Assembly (NCBI GenBank): GCA_002310035.1
Contig: DBYC01000090.1
Coordinates: forward strand, 1 to 44,560
From: a bacterium UBP6_UBA1196
GTDB taxonomy: Bacteria; UBP6; UBA1177
DNA length: 44,560 nt
Direction: 5' to 3'
The notes beneath the pieces are model-generated. The model worked only from the letters and a program-made list of their open reading frames with translations. It was not told where the DNA came from and did no database searches. Both the position numbers and the translations under genes were made by a program. This document shows, one piece after another, positions 28,168-38,096 of the stretch. The first letter of the stretch is position 1. Every line of letters starts with the position of its first letter.

Positions 28168-29529
28168 ATGGCAGAAAAAAAGATTTTCGGAACAGACGGA
28201 ATCAGAACAAAAGCCAATGTTTATCCGCTTACGCCCGAATCGGCTGTTTCGATCGGAAAAGCAATAACTACATGGTTCCAAAGGAAGAATCCGGCAAAAA
28301 AAATTACCGCGGCGATCGGAACTGACACACGCATTTCGTCAGACATGCTCAACTCCGCAGTTTCGGCAGGAATCATGGCGGCAGGCGGAAATGTCATAAA
28401 TCTCGGTATCGTTTCAACTCCGCTCGTCAGCGATTTTGTCCGGACAAACCGCTGTGATTTCGGCATTGTGATTTCGGCAAGCCACAACCCTTTTGACAAC
28501 AACGGAATCAAAATTTTCAACGAAAAAGGGGAAAAACTCAACGACGGTGAAGAAATCGAAATCGAGGAAATACTTTTCACAAACAGCTCGGAAAATAAAA
28601 CCGGAAAAACGATCGGAACGCTTGAAAACGCGGAAAATCCGACTTACGAATATGTTGCAAGAATTGCGAAACGCTTTGAAACGCTGAAGGATTCAAGCTT
28701 CAAAGTATGCATCGACTGCGCAAACGGCGCGACGGCAAAAATTGCGGAAAAAATTTTCAGTTCGTTTGAAAAAATGGAGAAATTTTTCTTTTCTACAACT
28801 TCCAACGGCATAAACATAAACGAAAACTGCGGTGCTCTCCACCCGGAAAACCTTGCTCCGAAAATTCTGGAAAACAAGTGCGACATCGGTTTCGCTTTTG
28901 ACGGCGACGGCGACAGGCTGATCACGGTCGACGAACTCGGCAGAGTTATTGACGGCGACAAAATCATCGGGATCATCGCAAAATATCTCAACAAAAACGG
29001 CAAACTGGCGCACAGCACGGCGGCAGTCACCGTCATGAGCAACGCGGGGCTTGAAAAACACCTCAAAAACAAGGGGATCGCACTCGAAAGAACAAATGTC
29101 GGCGACCGCTATCTTGTTGAAAGAATCAATGAAAAAGGGCTGAGTTTCGCCGGAGAAAACAGCGGACACCTGATCATAACAGAGATAAATCCGACAGGCG
29201 ACGGCATTGTGGCCTCGCTAATGCTCCTCGAAATCCTGCACGAAAGCGGCATAAAACTCTCGGTTCTTGCTGATGAGATCGAGCTTTTTCCGCAGATCCA
29301 GGCAAAAGTCAAAGTAAAGGAAAAAACGCCGATCGACAGGATTCCCGGACTTATCGAACTGATAAAATCGCAGGAAGCGCAACTCGGCGGCGGCAGAATG
29401 CTCGTCCGTTACAGCGGAACAGAGCCCGTAATGCGTGTCATGGCGGAAGGTCCGGAAGAAGGAAAAGTCAGGAATGCTGTAGATAAAGTGGCTGAATTTG
29501 TTAAAACTTTTAACGGAGGTATAAAATGA
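28168..29529 (+). CDS. glmM: Phosphoglucosamine mutase
   Basis: FGTDGIR, ISASHNP, FDGDGDR, GENSGH and VRYSGTEP. Confidence 0.93.
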   Translation: MAEKKIFGTDGIRTKANVYPLTPESAVSIGKAITTWFQRKNPAKKITAAIGTDTRISSDMLNSAVSAGIMAAGGNVINLGIVSTPLVSDFVRTNRCDFGIVISASHNPFDNNGIKIFNEKGEKLNDGEEIEIEEILFTNSSENKTGKTIGTLENAENPTYEYVARIAKRFETLKDSSFKVCIDCANGATAKIAEKIFSSFEKMEKFFFSTTSNGININENCGALHPENLAPKILENKCDIGFAFDGDGDRLITVDELGRVIDGDKIIGIIAKYLNKNGKLAHSTAAVTVMSNAGLEKHLKNKGIALERTNVGDRYLVERINEKGLSFAGENSGHLIITEINPTGDGIVASLMLLEILHESGIKLSVLADEIELFPQIQAKVKVKEKTPIDRIPGLIELIKSQEAQLGGGRMLVRYSGTEPVMRVMAEGPEEGKVRNAVDKVAEFVKTFNGGIK

Positions 29530-31412
29530 AAAAATTCTCTATTTTATTTTTTGCAATGCTCTTTTGCTTTGCATGCTCGTCAGGAAATTCCGACAAAAAA
29601 GAGGTGAATGATTCTGACGGCAACGAGTCTGAAATCCAGGATTCTGACAGCGAAAAAACCGACACGGAGCCGGCAGAAACAGATTCAGACAATGCTACGG
29701 CAGACAACGACCCTGAGAACAACAACGATTCAGGCACGACGCCGGATGACAGCGATTCAGAAACAGGCGATTCCGACACGGCCGAAAGCGGGATCTGCTC
29801 GCCCAATCCGTGCGATACCGAAGAAAACCGCGCCGCGCACAAGTCAAGATGCATGCCGGAAAACAACGGTACATCATATACCTGCGAATGCGATGCGTCT
29901 TACTACTCCTACGACGGTCTCTGCTGTCAGGCTCACTCATCGAACAAAGGCGGGAAATGCGTATGCGACACTTATTATGTCGAACCTGAAGAAGAAGCAG
30001 AAAAATGCGTCGCACAGTGCACCGAAAATACGATCGAAGGTCTCAACGGATACTGCAAAGGAGACTACATCTGCCAGCAGGGAACCTGCATAAAAGACCG
30101 CTGTGCAGGATATACATGCCCTGAAAACAGCACATGTACCACAAAAAACGACGAACCATTCTGCCAGTGCGAAAGCCCGCTACAGATGAGTAACGGAAAG
30201 TGCTGTCCGCTGAATTCGACAAATGTAAACGGAACCTGCAAATGCGACACCGGCTATGAAATGTCGGGAGACGAATGCGTTATGAGCACCAATAACCCGT
30301 GCAAAACAAAACCTTGCAAAAATCTCAACAAAAACAAGTGTGTAGCAGATAACAGCGAAGCCGGTTACCACTGTGAATGCAATGAAAATTTCACGGAGGA
30401 CGAAACCGGAAAGTGCAATCTGATAGTTTACGATGTCTGTCCGAACAACATGCAGTGCCTCAGGGGATACTGCCTTCCGCAGGATCTCAGCAACGAGCAG
30501 TGCATCAAAGACAGCGACTGCCGCGAATTTAACGAAAGCGCAACTACCTACTGCGCCTCTCCTGGAGCTGCCGGCGGAGTCTGTATGGGATGCAGCAGCA
30601 ACAGCGACTGCCCGGGAAACACGCAGTGCATGGAGAATTTCGGAACATGCGCTCTGATGTGCGACAGCGACAACGACTGTCCTTACGGAAAATGCACTTC
30701 ACTCGGCTACTGCGGTCAGAAAAAGTGCTACAGCAACGAAGACTGCTTCGGCGGAACTGTCTGCAAGATGGGTGAAGAGGGCTATGGATACTGCAACAGG
30801 CTCGAGTGCCACGAGACTGCCTGCACCGAGACGAATCCGCACGGGACATGCCCTAACCAGGGTGAAGCCTGCATAAACGGTAAATGCGTTTCAAGCTGCA
30901 ACCCGAATCCGTGCAAAGATATAAACAGAACAAAATGCGAAATAAAACTCGGTGTTCCGACATGCGAATGTGACGAAGGAACAGTCGAAAAAGACGGAAA
31001 GTGCGTTCCCAAAACCGTAAAAAAATGTCCCACGGGCTTTGTCTGCCAGAACGGTTACTGCGCGGACAAAAACGAAATCAATTTCTTCTGTGCCGAAAAT
31101 TCAGACTGCGGAGGACTCAACTGCTCGCCAAGACTTCCTTCCGGCAGATGCGAAGGATGCACCTATAATTCAGATTGTCCTGCCGTTGACGAAAACGACC
31201 CTGTCTACTGCATTTCCGGCTACTGCATGAGAAGCTGTTTCTCCAATGAACAATGCGGTCCCGCCATGATTTGCAAAACAAACTCTTCAGGCAGTTACTG
31301 CGGCAGCCTGGAGTGTTCAAACATATCCGACTGCAAAGCGGCAAACTATACCTGTACACCGTCGTCAGGCAGCTCCGCAAGCGGCACCTGCACAAGAATT
31401 CCGTGTGAATAA
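29526..31412 (+). CDS. Extremely Cys-rich lipoprotein with Asp/Ser/Thr linker and EGF-like repeats
   Basis: Lipobox FCFAC, DSD/DTD-rich stalk, repeats such as CxPNPC...CECD and CxxNSDC. Confidence 0.8.
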   Translation: MKKFSILFFAMLFCFACSSGNSDKKEVNDSDGNESEIQDSDSEKTDTEPAETDSDNATADNDPENNNDSGTTPDDSDSETGDSDTAESGICSPNPCDTEENRAAHKSRCMPENNGTSYTCECDASYYSYDGLCCQAHSSNKGGKCVCDTYYVEPEEEAEKCVAQCTENTIEGLNGYCKGDYICQQGTCIKDRCAGYTCPENSTCTTKNDEPFCQCESPLQMSNGKCCPLNSTNVNGTCKCDTGYEMSGDECVMSTNNPCKTKPCKNLNKNKCVADNSEAGYHCECNENFTEDETGKCNLIVYDVCPNNMQCLRGYCLPQDLSNEQCIKDSDCREFNESATTYCASPGAAGGVCMGCSSNSDCPGNTQCMENFGTCALMCDSDNDCPYGKCTSLGYCGQKKCYSNEDCFGGTVCKMGEEGYGYCNRLECHETACTETNPHGTCPNQGEACINGKCVSSCNPNPCKDINRTKCEIKLGVPTCECDEGTVEKDGKCVPKTVKKCPTGFVCQNGYCADKNEINFFCAENSDCGGLNCSPRLPSGRCEGCTYNSDCPAVDENDPVYCISGYCMRSCFSNEQCGPAMICKTNSSGSYCGSLECSNISDCKAANYTCTPSSGSSASGTCTRIPCE

Positions 31413-31425
31413 ATAGGAGGACAAA

Positions 31426-31761
31426 ATGTTCAGAGACTGGGTCGACAAATTCGGTGCGGCGATAACCGTCATGGATACCGAAGGAAACATTCTTGATATG
31501 AACGAAGCGGCATGCAACGCCCTTTCAGGCGGCAGAAGCATGGTCGGCGAAAACCTTATGAAGTGCCATCAGCAGCGTTCTATCGATATCATGCACGACA
31601 TGATGAAAAACGATCATTCAAATGTCTACACGATCGAAAAAAACGGCAGAAAAAAGATGATTTACCAGGCTCCGTGGTACAAGGAAAACGGCGAAATCGG
31701 CGGCCTTGTCGAAATTTCGATGGTGATCCCTTTTGAAATGCCGCACTATGTCAGAAGCTGA
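31426..31761 (+). CDS. Stand-alone PAS-domain protein
   Basis: AITVMDTEGNILDMN, GENLMKCH, YTIEKNGRKKMIYQAPWY and GGLVEIS. Strong RBS GGAGG. Confidence 0.82.
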   Translation: MFRDWVDKFGAAITVMDTEGNILDMNEAACNALSGGRSMVGENLMKCHQQRSIDIMHDMMKNDHSNVYTIEKNGRKKMIYQAPWYKENGEIGGLVEISMVIPFEMPHYVRS

Positions 31762-31768
31762 AAATCAC

Positions 31769-33463
31769 TCATAAGCCCTCTCTTACAGGCTGAAGATCGG
31801 CTGTAAAAACAGTTTCGTTGTCACAAAAAGACGAATTAGAAAGATTTCTTTCAAGTTTGTCCCAATCATTGATATTCCATGCATTTACAGCCGTTGTGTT
31901 TTTATTGAAAAAAATGTCTCCTGCACCGGAAGAAAAAATTTCGGAATTTTCCACATTAAGTCCGTTGTTGTTGCCGGAAAGAGCGAGCGCATCGAAACGG
32001 AGAATCGACAAAGAATAAAGCGAAATTCCGTGACCGAAATCGCTGTCCGGCGCGAAAACACACTTTTTCGCCTCGCTGCATTCACGAGGCTTCGTTCCTT
32101 TTATTTCGACATTTTTCAAAGAAACATCAGCGCTTATAACCAGAACCCCCGATTCTCTGTTAGCTGAAAAAACACCGTTCCTTGCCGAAAGTTCCGCTCC
32201 ATCCTGAACACCTGCCCCGACGCCGAATTCGCCAGACAAAGAATCAGATTTTGTCGAAACGATCTCAAAACCGTCTATATCCGCACGGCAATTTCCGTCC
32301 AGGAGCAGACCTGCCTTTTCCGCTGAAACAACCGAAAGATTTTTTATGGAACTTTCGCTTCCCTCAAGAAGCTGCATCCCGAAACCATTATTGCCAAGAC
32401 CGTCTGAAGTTATTGATTTTATTGTCAGATCTTTTCCATTAAGCGAAGATCCGCGCAAAAGAATTCCGTTACCTCGGCTGTTTTCTATGCGGACTCTTTC
32501 AAGAGATGCATAAACTTTTCCGTCAAGCACCACACCGCCCTGCTCTTCATTGGTTTCCAGCATATTTTCAGCAATAAAATCAACAAGTTGCAATTTAATT
32601 TCCCCTTCATCCGCACTCAAAAAAACAAATGATGTCGCAGTATCGGAAACAGAACTGTTCCTTATTGTAATATCAGCGGAATTCTCAGCATATAAACCAT
32701 GCCCTTCATAGCTGCGAATACCGCCATAAACACCGGAAATAATTGAATTTTCAATATTGATTTCATTTTTTTCGCCAGTTTCGCCCCAAACAGCTACTCC
32801 GAATGAATTCATTCCGGAAATTTCGCTTCCTGAAATGTTCAGCATACCGTTTCCGAAAGAAATTCCATAACTTATGCCTGAAGCCGCCTCATCGATATCG
32901 CCGATAAAACTGTTTTCGACCGAAAGAACGGCTCTGCATCCTGCCTCGTCCTGACAGATGTTGATCCCCCCTTTCGTGCAGTGCGACAAATTGGAATTCT
33001 TAACACTTGTCGTACTTTTGTCAGCCCCGGTCAGGCAACGCGTTTTTCCGCGCAGAGAGAGATTTTCCAAACTCAGCTCCGCATTTCCGGCAACTTCGAT
33101 GACAGCGCCCTTCTCTTCATCATCACAGAAAATCAATGTATTTTCAGCACCTTTTCCGACTATTGCAAGACGCTTTTCGACTTTTATGCAACCTGAAAAA
33201 CAGCCGCTTCCCAAAACGATTTTTCCGTTTTCCGCTTCAGGCAGAGGCATACATTTCTGATTTTCATTATACGCACCGGGCACATTTACTTCAGGTTCAT
33301 CAGGAAGAGCAGGCTGTGAATAAAAAATTTCCTTTTCGCTGCAGGCTGTCTCTGCCGGGCTTTCTTCACCGGGAAAATAATCTTCCCCTGCGTATTCCCG
33401 GCCTGTGCCGGATTCGCCGCATGAAAACGCGAAAAGTACAATAAAAAAGATAACAAAAATCAT
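31769..33463 (-). CDS. Lipoprotein with right-handed parallel beta-helix repeats
   Basis: Lipobox LFAFSC. Repeated GIxx/GVxx...IxNSxI coils (YGISFG, GHGLYA, GNGILL, GFGMQL, GHGISL). Confidence 0.72.
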   Translation of the reverse strand: MIFVIFFIVLFAFSCGESGTGREYAGEDYFPGEESPAETACSEKEIFYSQPALPDEPEVNVPGAYNENQKCMPLPEAENGKIVLGSGCFSGCIKVEKRLAIVGKGAENTLIFCDDEEKGAVIEVAGNAELSLENLSLRGKTRCLTGADKSTTSVKNSNLSHCTKGGINICQDEAGCRAVLSVENSFIGDIDEAASGISYGISFGNGMLNISGSEISGMNSFGVAVWGETGEKNEINIENSIISGVYGGIRSYEGHGLYAENSADITIRNSSVSDTATSFVFLSADEGEIKLQLVDFIAENMLETNEEQGGVVLDGKVYASLERVRIENSRGNGILLRGSSLNGKDLTIKSITSDGLGNNGFGMQLLEGSESSIKNLSVVSAEKAGLLLDGNCRADIDGFEIVSTKSDSLSGEFGVGAGVQDGAELSARNGVFSANRESGVLVISADVSLKNVEIKGTKPRECSEAKKCVFAPDSDFGHGISLYSLSILRFDALALSGNNNGLNVENSEIFSSGAGDIFFNKNTTAVNAWNINDWDKLERNLSNSSFCDNETVFTADLQPVREGL

Positions 33464-34503
33464 TGTATTTCAAAAAAATCATCAATTATAAAAAGAGCTT
33501 CATCAAGCTTTCCGTCACTGGAAGAAAAATCATTAAGAACTATTCCTTCGCGCAAAGCCGAATTTTCGATACCGTTCTGTACAACAAGACCGAAAGAGCC
33601 ACGGTCCGAAGAAATCGAAAGATTGCTGAAGCTTGCCTTGACCTGACTTACACTCTCGTTGCCGTCAAGAATGATTCCGGCACGGGTAAAATTCTCGATC
33701 GAGGTATTGCTGACAACGACCGAATTTTTTTCCGACAGCAGCCGGTTTTTAACGACAATGCCGTCCCCTACGCTTTCAAGCATCATTTCGCGTTTTTTTA
33801 TGTCGGAAACAACACTGTCCGATATTTTTAGAACCGTATCGCCCAGAATTTCAAGCGCGACAGCCCCGTTCCCCGCAAAAGTGCTGTTTTCAACAGAAAG
33901 CAAACCGCTTTTCATACTTTTGTTCTGCACCCAGACACCGGCAAAACCGCATTGCGACAAAGCAACATTCTCAAGCGAGACTTTGTGGGCACCGTTTATC
34001 AGAATCCCTGTTCCGTCAGTTTTCTCTATTTTTGAATTTTTAATCACCACTTCAGACGCATTCCCCGAAATAACGATTCCCCGCCCGCCGGAAACAGAAG
34101 CAGCCGAAATATCGGAAAACGAAACATTGTCTATTTCTACCGAACTACCCGAAATCGATAAAGCGGCAGAAGACAAAAACAACCCCTTAAATGAAAAATC
34201 ATGCAGAAAAACATCCCGCGCGTCAGAGACAACAAGATTCTTAAGATAGGAAGAACCGTCCTTTCTGCCGATTATCTTCAAACTCTTTCCCACTCTTGCA
34301 TCGGCTTCGAAAACACCGCTTCCCAGACAGACACAGTTAGAAAATGCGGCTGCCGAATTGACAAGAGCGTCATAAAAAGAATTCGTATCATCCGCGATCT
34401 CACATTTTCCGCCGCACTCTTCGGGGAGATCATATTCAGCCAAGCCTTTTTGAGAACACGAACAAAACAAAACAATAACTGCAACAAAACAAAACACTCG
34501 CAT
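33460..34503 (-). CDS. Lipoprotein with right-handed beta-helix repeats (similar to the downstream gene)
   Basis: Start MRVFCF, lipobox LFCSC. CLGSGVF..KSLKIIG resembles LGSGCF..KRLAIVG of the neighbour. GRGIVI, GDGIVV and RAGIIL. ATGA coupling. Confidence 0.7.
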   Translation of the reverse strand: MRVFCFVAVIVLFCSCSQKGLAEYDLPEECGGKCEIADDTNSFYDALVNSAAAFSNCVCLGSGVFEADARVGKSLKIIGRKDGSSYLKNLVVSDARDVFLHDFSFKGLFLSSAALSISGSSVEIDNVSFSDISAASVSGGRGIVISGNASEVVIKNSKIEKTDGTGILINGAHKVSLENVALSQCGFAGVWVQNKSMKSGLLSVENSTFAGNGAVALEILGDTVLKISDSVVSDIKKREMMLESVGDGIVVKNRLLSEKNSVVVSNTSIENFTRAGIILDGNESVSQVKASFSNLSISSDRGSFGLVVQNGIENSALREGIVLNDFSSSDGKLDEALFIIDDFFEIQ

Positions 34504-34640
34504 AATATCACCATACAAATAAACAAACAACAAGCATACATTACTTAAAGAAAATATTTTGTCAAATATAAATTTTAAATTGTTCCATATACAAATATAA
34601 ATATAGTGATTCTGAGACAAAAGTATATTTTGTCTGTTTT

Positions 34641-35903
34641 TTATTTTTTAGAATAGATTCCGGTAAGTTTGTCTTTAAGTTTTTTTACGACTTCCGGAGT
34701 AAAAACGGGGCTGCGCCACGCGGAAACAGAGTTGTTCTGATAGAGCGGCTCGCGTTTGAAATCGAGTTTACTTTCCTTGAAATGTTCTTCAAAAAGTCTG
34801 GTTTTTGGAACAGGAGAATATTCGTTAAGATAGGGCCTTGCTCCGATCTCAGCAACGATTTCAATAGTTTTATCGACCTCATCAACTGTCTGCCCCGGAA
34901 GTCCGCAAAGAAGGTAGACCCCTATCCTTTCGCTCGTAAAACCGTGGTCTTTCAGCATTTTAACGACCGATTTCAGCTGGTTGAGCGAAGTTTTGTCTTC
35001 GTAGCGCGAAAATGCGGTTTCAAAACCGAAACGGAGCTGCGGGAAATTATATTTTTCGAGATACATGCACAAATTTTCATCGATTTCACGCAGATGCAGA
35101 CCGTTCGGCGTGTGAAATCTGTAGATATCCGACGGAAGCCTGTCCAAAAAATCTCGGAGCATCCCGCCATTGCGCAGAAGAAGGGCGTCGTCGTAGAAAG
35201 CGACATCGCAGTGTCCGGTCTCCGCATGCCATTTTTCAAGGTTTTCGGCAAGAACCGAGACATCTTTGTATGAAACTTTCGGATTGAAAATCACGCTTGA
35301 ACAGTAAGGACATCTGTTCGGACAGCCTTCGATCAGGTTCGCCGGAAAGAATCTGAGGTTTTTGAGATAACTCATACCTGTTCCGGTAATATTTTCAGGG
35401 ATCCCGGCTTTTCCAGTGTTGACAGTGACATTTTCGCCTTCAAAAATTTCAGGCATCAGGATCGCCGAAATCCCGCCGACATTTATCTCAACATTCCCGA
35501 AAATTTCGCGGACAGAATCGATCATTTTCAAAACCGATCTATACCAGTATGTCATCCCGGTAGAAATATAAATTTTATCGGGTTTACCGACTTCGGAGAG
35601 CACTTTTCTGACGGTATCGTCATTCGCTCCGAAACGGTAATATTTCCGCGGGATCATCTTCAGGACAGCGGGTTTTGCAATCTCGCGTTTCCAGTATGTA
35701 TGCCGCTCCCAGGTGCGGTAAACAGGCGGAACCGCGGCATCGTCCCCGACGAAAGAACCGTCCAGAAAATCGAGGTAAGTTACCTCATCGCCGATATTTT
35801 CGTGATGCTCCATGATCCTGAAAAGCCCGAGCGGCGCAGCCCAGAGGTTGTAAGCCGTGAAATCTTCGACGAACGGATTTATGAAAAGAAGTTTTTCAGC
35901 CAT
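34641..35903 (-). CDS. B12-binding-domain radical SAM protein
   Basis: LFINP..DF...WAAPLGL, MTYWY, GGISA, CPNRCPYC, AFYDDALL, FHTPNGLH and RFGFET. Confidence 0.85.
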   Translation of the reverse strand: MAEKLLFINPFVEDFTAYNLWAAPLGLFRIMEHHENIGDEVTYLDFLDGSFVGDDAAVPPVYRTWERHTYWKREIAKPAVLKMIPRKYYRFGANDDTVRKVLSEVGKPDKIYISTGMTYWYRSVLKMIDSVREIFGNVEINVGGISAILMPEIFEGENVTVNTGKAGIPENITGTGMSYLKNLRFFPANLIEGCPNRCPYCSSVIFNPKVSYKDVSVLAENLEKWHAETGHCDVAFYDDALLLRNGGMLRDFLDRLPSDIYRFHTPNGLHLREIDENLCMYLEKYNFPQLRFGFETAFSRYEDKTSLNQLKSVVKMLKDHGFTSERIGVYLLCGLPGQTVDEVDKTIEIVAEIGARPYLNEYSPVPKTRLFEEHFKESKLDFKREPLYQNNSVSAWRSPVFTPEVVKKLKDKLTGIYSKK

Positions 35904-35929
35904 CAAAACCTAAAAACAAAAACCGCCCG

Positions 35930-35963
35930 AATATACGCATTGAAGCAGTTGTTGTCAATGCGT
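35930..35963 (-). promoter_or_regulatory. Sigma70 promoter of the radical SAM gene with an overlapping inverted repeat
   Basis: Minus strand TTGACA (35958-35953), 17 bp, TATATT (35935-35930). Inverted repeat ACGCATTGA-N11-TCAATGCGT. Confidence 0.65.
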
Positions 35964-36094
35964 CAGAGAGTGCGGATTTTCATTCAGGCCGCCCGCCGGA
36001 ACACATGTTTTTGAAAATTGTCTTAAAAACACACTTTTTTTTGCTTTTAATTTGTTTTTATCAGATAATAAGCGGCTTTTTGGTGAGGAGCTCA

Positions 36095-37480
36095 ATGAAA
36101 AAGTGTTTCTGGTTCGCTTTATTTGTACTTTTTTCGCTTTCGGCCGCTGCCGAAACAAACATATACGACATTTCTATGGCCGGCGACAACATAGGAAAAA
36201 GCACTCAGACATGGGAAGAAAAAAACACTCCGGACGGGAATTGCGAACTCTCTCTGAAATCCGTTGACGAAATAAAGATCGAACGTGGCGGCTTCTCTCT
36301 GTCAGTCGGCTCGAACACATCGCTTACCGTTGATTGCAAAACGTTCAAACCCCTTAAAATAAAAGCTAAAATTTCAGAGTTAGGCTCCGAGACCATTTTG
36401 GAAGGAAAAAATGAAAACGGAATTTTCCTCACCAAGATAACAAAAAACGGCGTAAGCGAGAATTCCTCTTTTGATCTGAACGAAGGAACAACATTTTTCG
36501 CAGTCATTTTCCGCAAACTGAATGAGGAAAACTTTCTGAAAGGAGGAAAAACCTCAATAATTTCTGAAGAAAGCCTTACCGAAAACGAAATTTCATATTC
36601 AGCTTTAAAAAACGCAGACGGAACGCTTTCGGTCACAGTCAACTTTCAAGGTGTCCCGATAAAATACACGCTTTCCGGCAAAACGGTCATCCGTTCAGAA
36701 ATGCTGAACGGAATGCAGGTCTACAATCTGCGCGGCGCACCGCTGCAGCCGACGGTCCAGGCAAACGAGAAAAAAACAGACCTGCTTGAAACTTCAAAAA
36801 TTTTCAACAGCGGAATTTCGGTAAAACATCCGCGGAAAACTGCTAAAACCGTTTTCACGGTTGAAAGCCCGCATTTCTCCGAGATTCCGGAAACATGCTT
36901 TCAGAAAAAAAATGAAAACGGTACGGTGACAGTCATGAATGACACAGCCGGCTGTAACGAAAAGCCCGGATTTTCAGACATTTCACCGAACATCATTGAA
37001 GACAGTTCAAATCCTGAGATCGTCCGTGCGGCGCAAAAAATCGTTGCGGGAGCTCCGAATCAGAATGAAATGACAAAACGGATCGCGAAATTTGTATACA
37101 AACATGTAAAAAACAAAGACTACCGCCATCTGATGCTTTCGGCAAGCGAAGTTCTGCGCAATAAAAGCGGTGATTGCACTGAACATTCGGCACTTTTCGC
37201 GGCTCTGGCGCGTGCCGCGGGAATTCCGGCCAAAATGGTCTACGGCGTCGTCCTGACCCCGAAAGGAGAATTTTTCTTCCACAACTGGAATGAGGTTTTC
37301 GCAGACGGAAAATGGATCACCGTTGACTCGACATTCGGCATCGTCCCGGCTGATTCCTCAAGAATCACATTGATTTACGGAGGCTCTGACAGCCGGTCGC
37401 GGGAACAGGTTTCACTTTCTGTTTCAAAGTTTATGAACAACACGAAAATCGCTGTGAGAGGTTTTTCAAATGAACAGTGA
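36095..37480 (+). CDS. Secreted transglutaminase-like (Cys-His-Asp) domain protein
   Basis: Signal peptide MKKCFW...SAAA (RBS GAGGAG). GDCTEHS, ARAAGIPA, FHNWNEV and WITVDST. Confidence 0.85.
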   Translation: MKKCFWFALFVLFSLSAAAETNIYDISMAGDNIGKSTQTWEEKNTPDGNCELSLKSVDEIKIERGGFSLSVGSNTSLTVDCKTFKPLKIKAKISELGSETILEGKNENGIFLTKITKNGVSENSSFDLNEGTTFFAVIFRKLNEENFLKGGKTSIISEESLTENEISYSALKNADGTLSVTVNFQGVPIKYTLSGKTVIRSEMLNGMQVYNLRGAPLQPTVQANEKKTDLLETSKIFNSGISVKHPRKTAKTVFTVESPHFSEIPETCFQKKNENGTVTVMNDTAGCNEKPGFSDISPNIIEDSSNPEIVRAAQKIVAGAPNQNEMTKRIAKFVYKHVKNKDYRHLMLSASEVLRNKSGDCTEHSALFAALARAAGIPAKMVYGVVLTPKGEFFFHNWNEVFADGKWITVDSTFGIVPADSSRITLIYGGSDSRSREQVSLSVSKFMNNTKIAVRGFSNEQ

Positions 37481-38096
37481 AATGCTTGAAAATACCGTAA
37501 ACAGAGATTTTCTGATAAAAACCGGCCACGAAATCGTCAACATTCTCACTCCTTTCGAACACTTGGAATATCTTGACGACGATGCTGTCGCGGCAAGAGT
37601 CGCAAGAGGGATACGCTTAGGCAAACAGCTTGGAATTCTCGGAAGGATCGCAAATTATGCGGAAAACACTGATGATCCTTACAGTTTCAACGAATTCATC
37701 TGCAACATCAACGCCAGATGCCGCAGACTCGGACTCAATGCTGCGATCGAAAACAGGAACTACCTTTCGATAGATTCGATAAAGAACAGATTTCTTGTAG
37801 ACACAGCAGTTGACGAAATCATCATGAACTGGAAAACTCACGGAAACGGAGAATTTATCCTGAGTATCGTGAGCGAAAAAGAGATCGTTTTCAGAAACGA
37901 TTACACCGAAACGCCTTTCATAAAACAGAATGCCGGAACTCTCAAAGACTTCCTGGCGCAGCCTTTTGTCAAAAGAAAAACGGGACCGGGAGCCGGGCTC
38001 GGACTTTTCATAGTGGAAACAGCATCTCTAAAAGGAGACTTTAATTGGACTTTATCTGCAGACGAAAAATATTTTTCATTATCGCTATTCTTCTGA
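37470..38096 (+). CDS. Degenerate histidine-kinase-like protein without a sensor domain
   Basis: H-box-like GHEIVNILT and F/G2-like QPFVKRKTGPGAGLGLFIV. G1 box not recognisable. Confidence 0.55.
   Translation: MNSEMLENTVNRDFLIKTGHEIVNILTPFEHLEYLDDDAVAARVARGIRLGKQLGILGRIANYAENTDDPYSFNEFICNINARCRRLGLNAAIENRNYLSIDSIKNRFLVDTAVDEIIMNWKTHGNGEFILSIVSEKEIVFRNDYTETPFIKQNAGTLKDFLAQPFVKRKTGPGAGLGLFIVETASLKGDFNWTLSADEKYFSLSLFF

Noticed and set aside
29600-31400. Repetitive DNA as a possible CRISPR or tandem array
   Set aside because: The repeats are degenerate codon-level repeats of Asp/Ser and Cys motifs in a CDS, with no constant repeat-spacer structure.
34615-34635. AGACAAAA-GTATA-TTTTGTCT hairpin after the radical SAM gene as a terminator
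   Set aside because: Weak AT-rich stem, and the U-tract is on the opposite strand to the gene; could be an operator but is unsupported.
35960-36010. GC-rich intergenic patch as a possible tRNA or ncRNA
   Set aside because: No cloverleaf, T-loop GTTC or CCA end recognisable.
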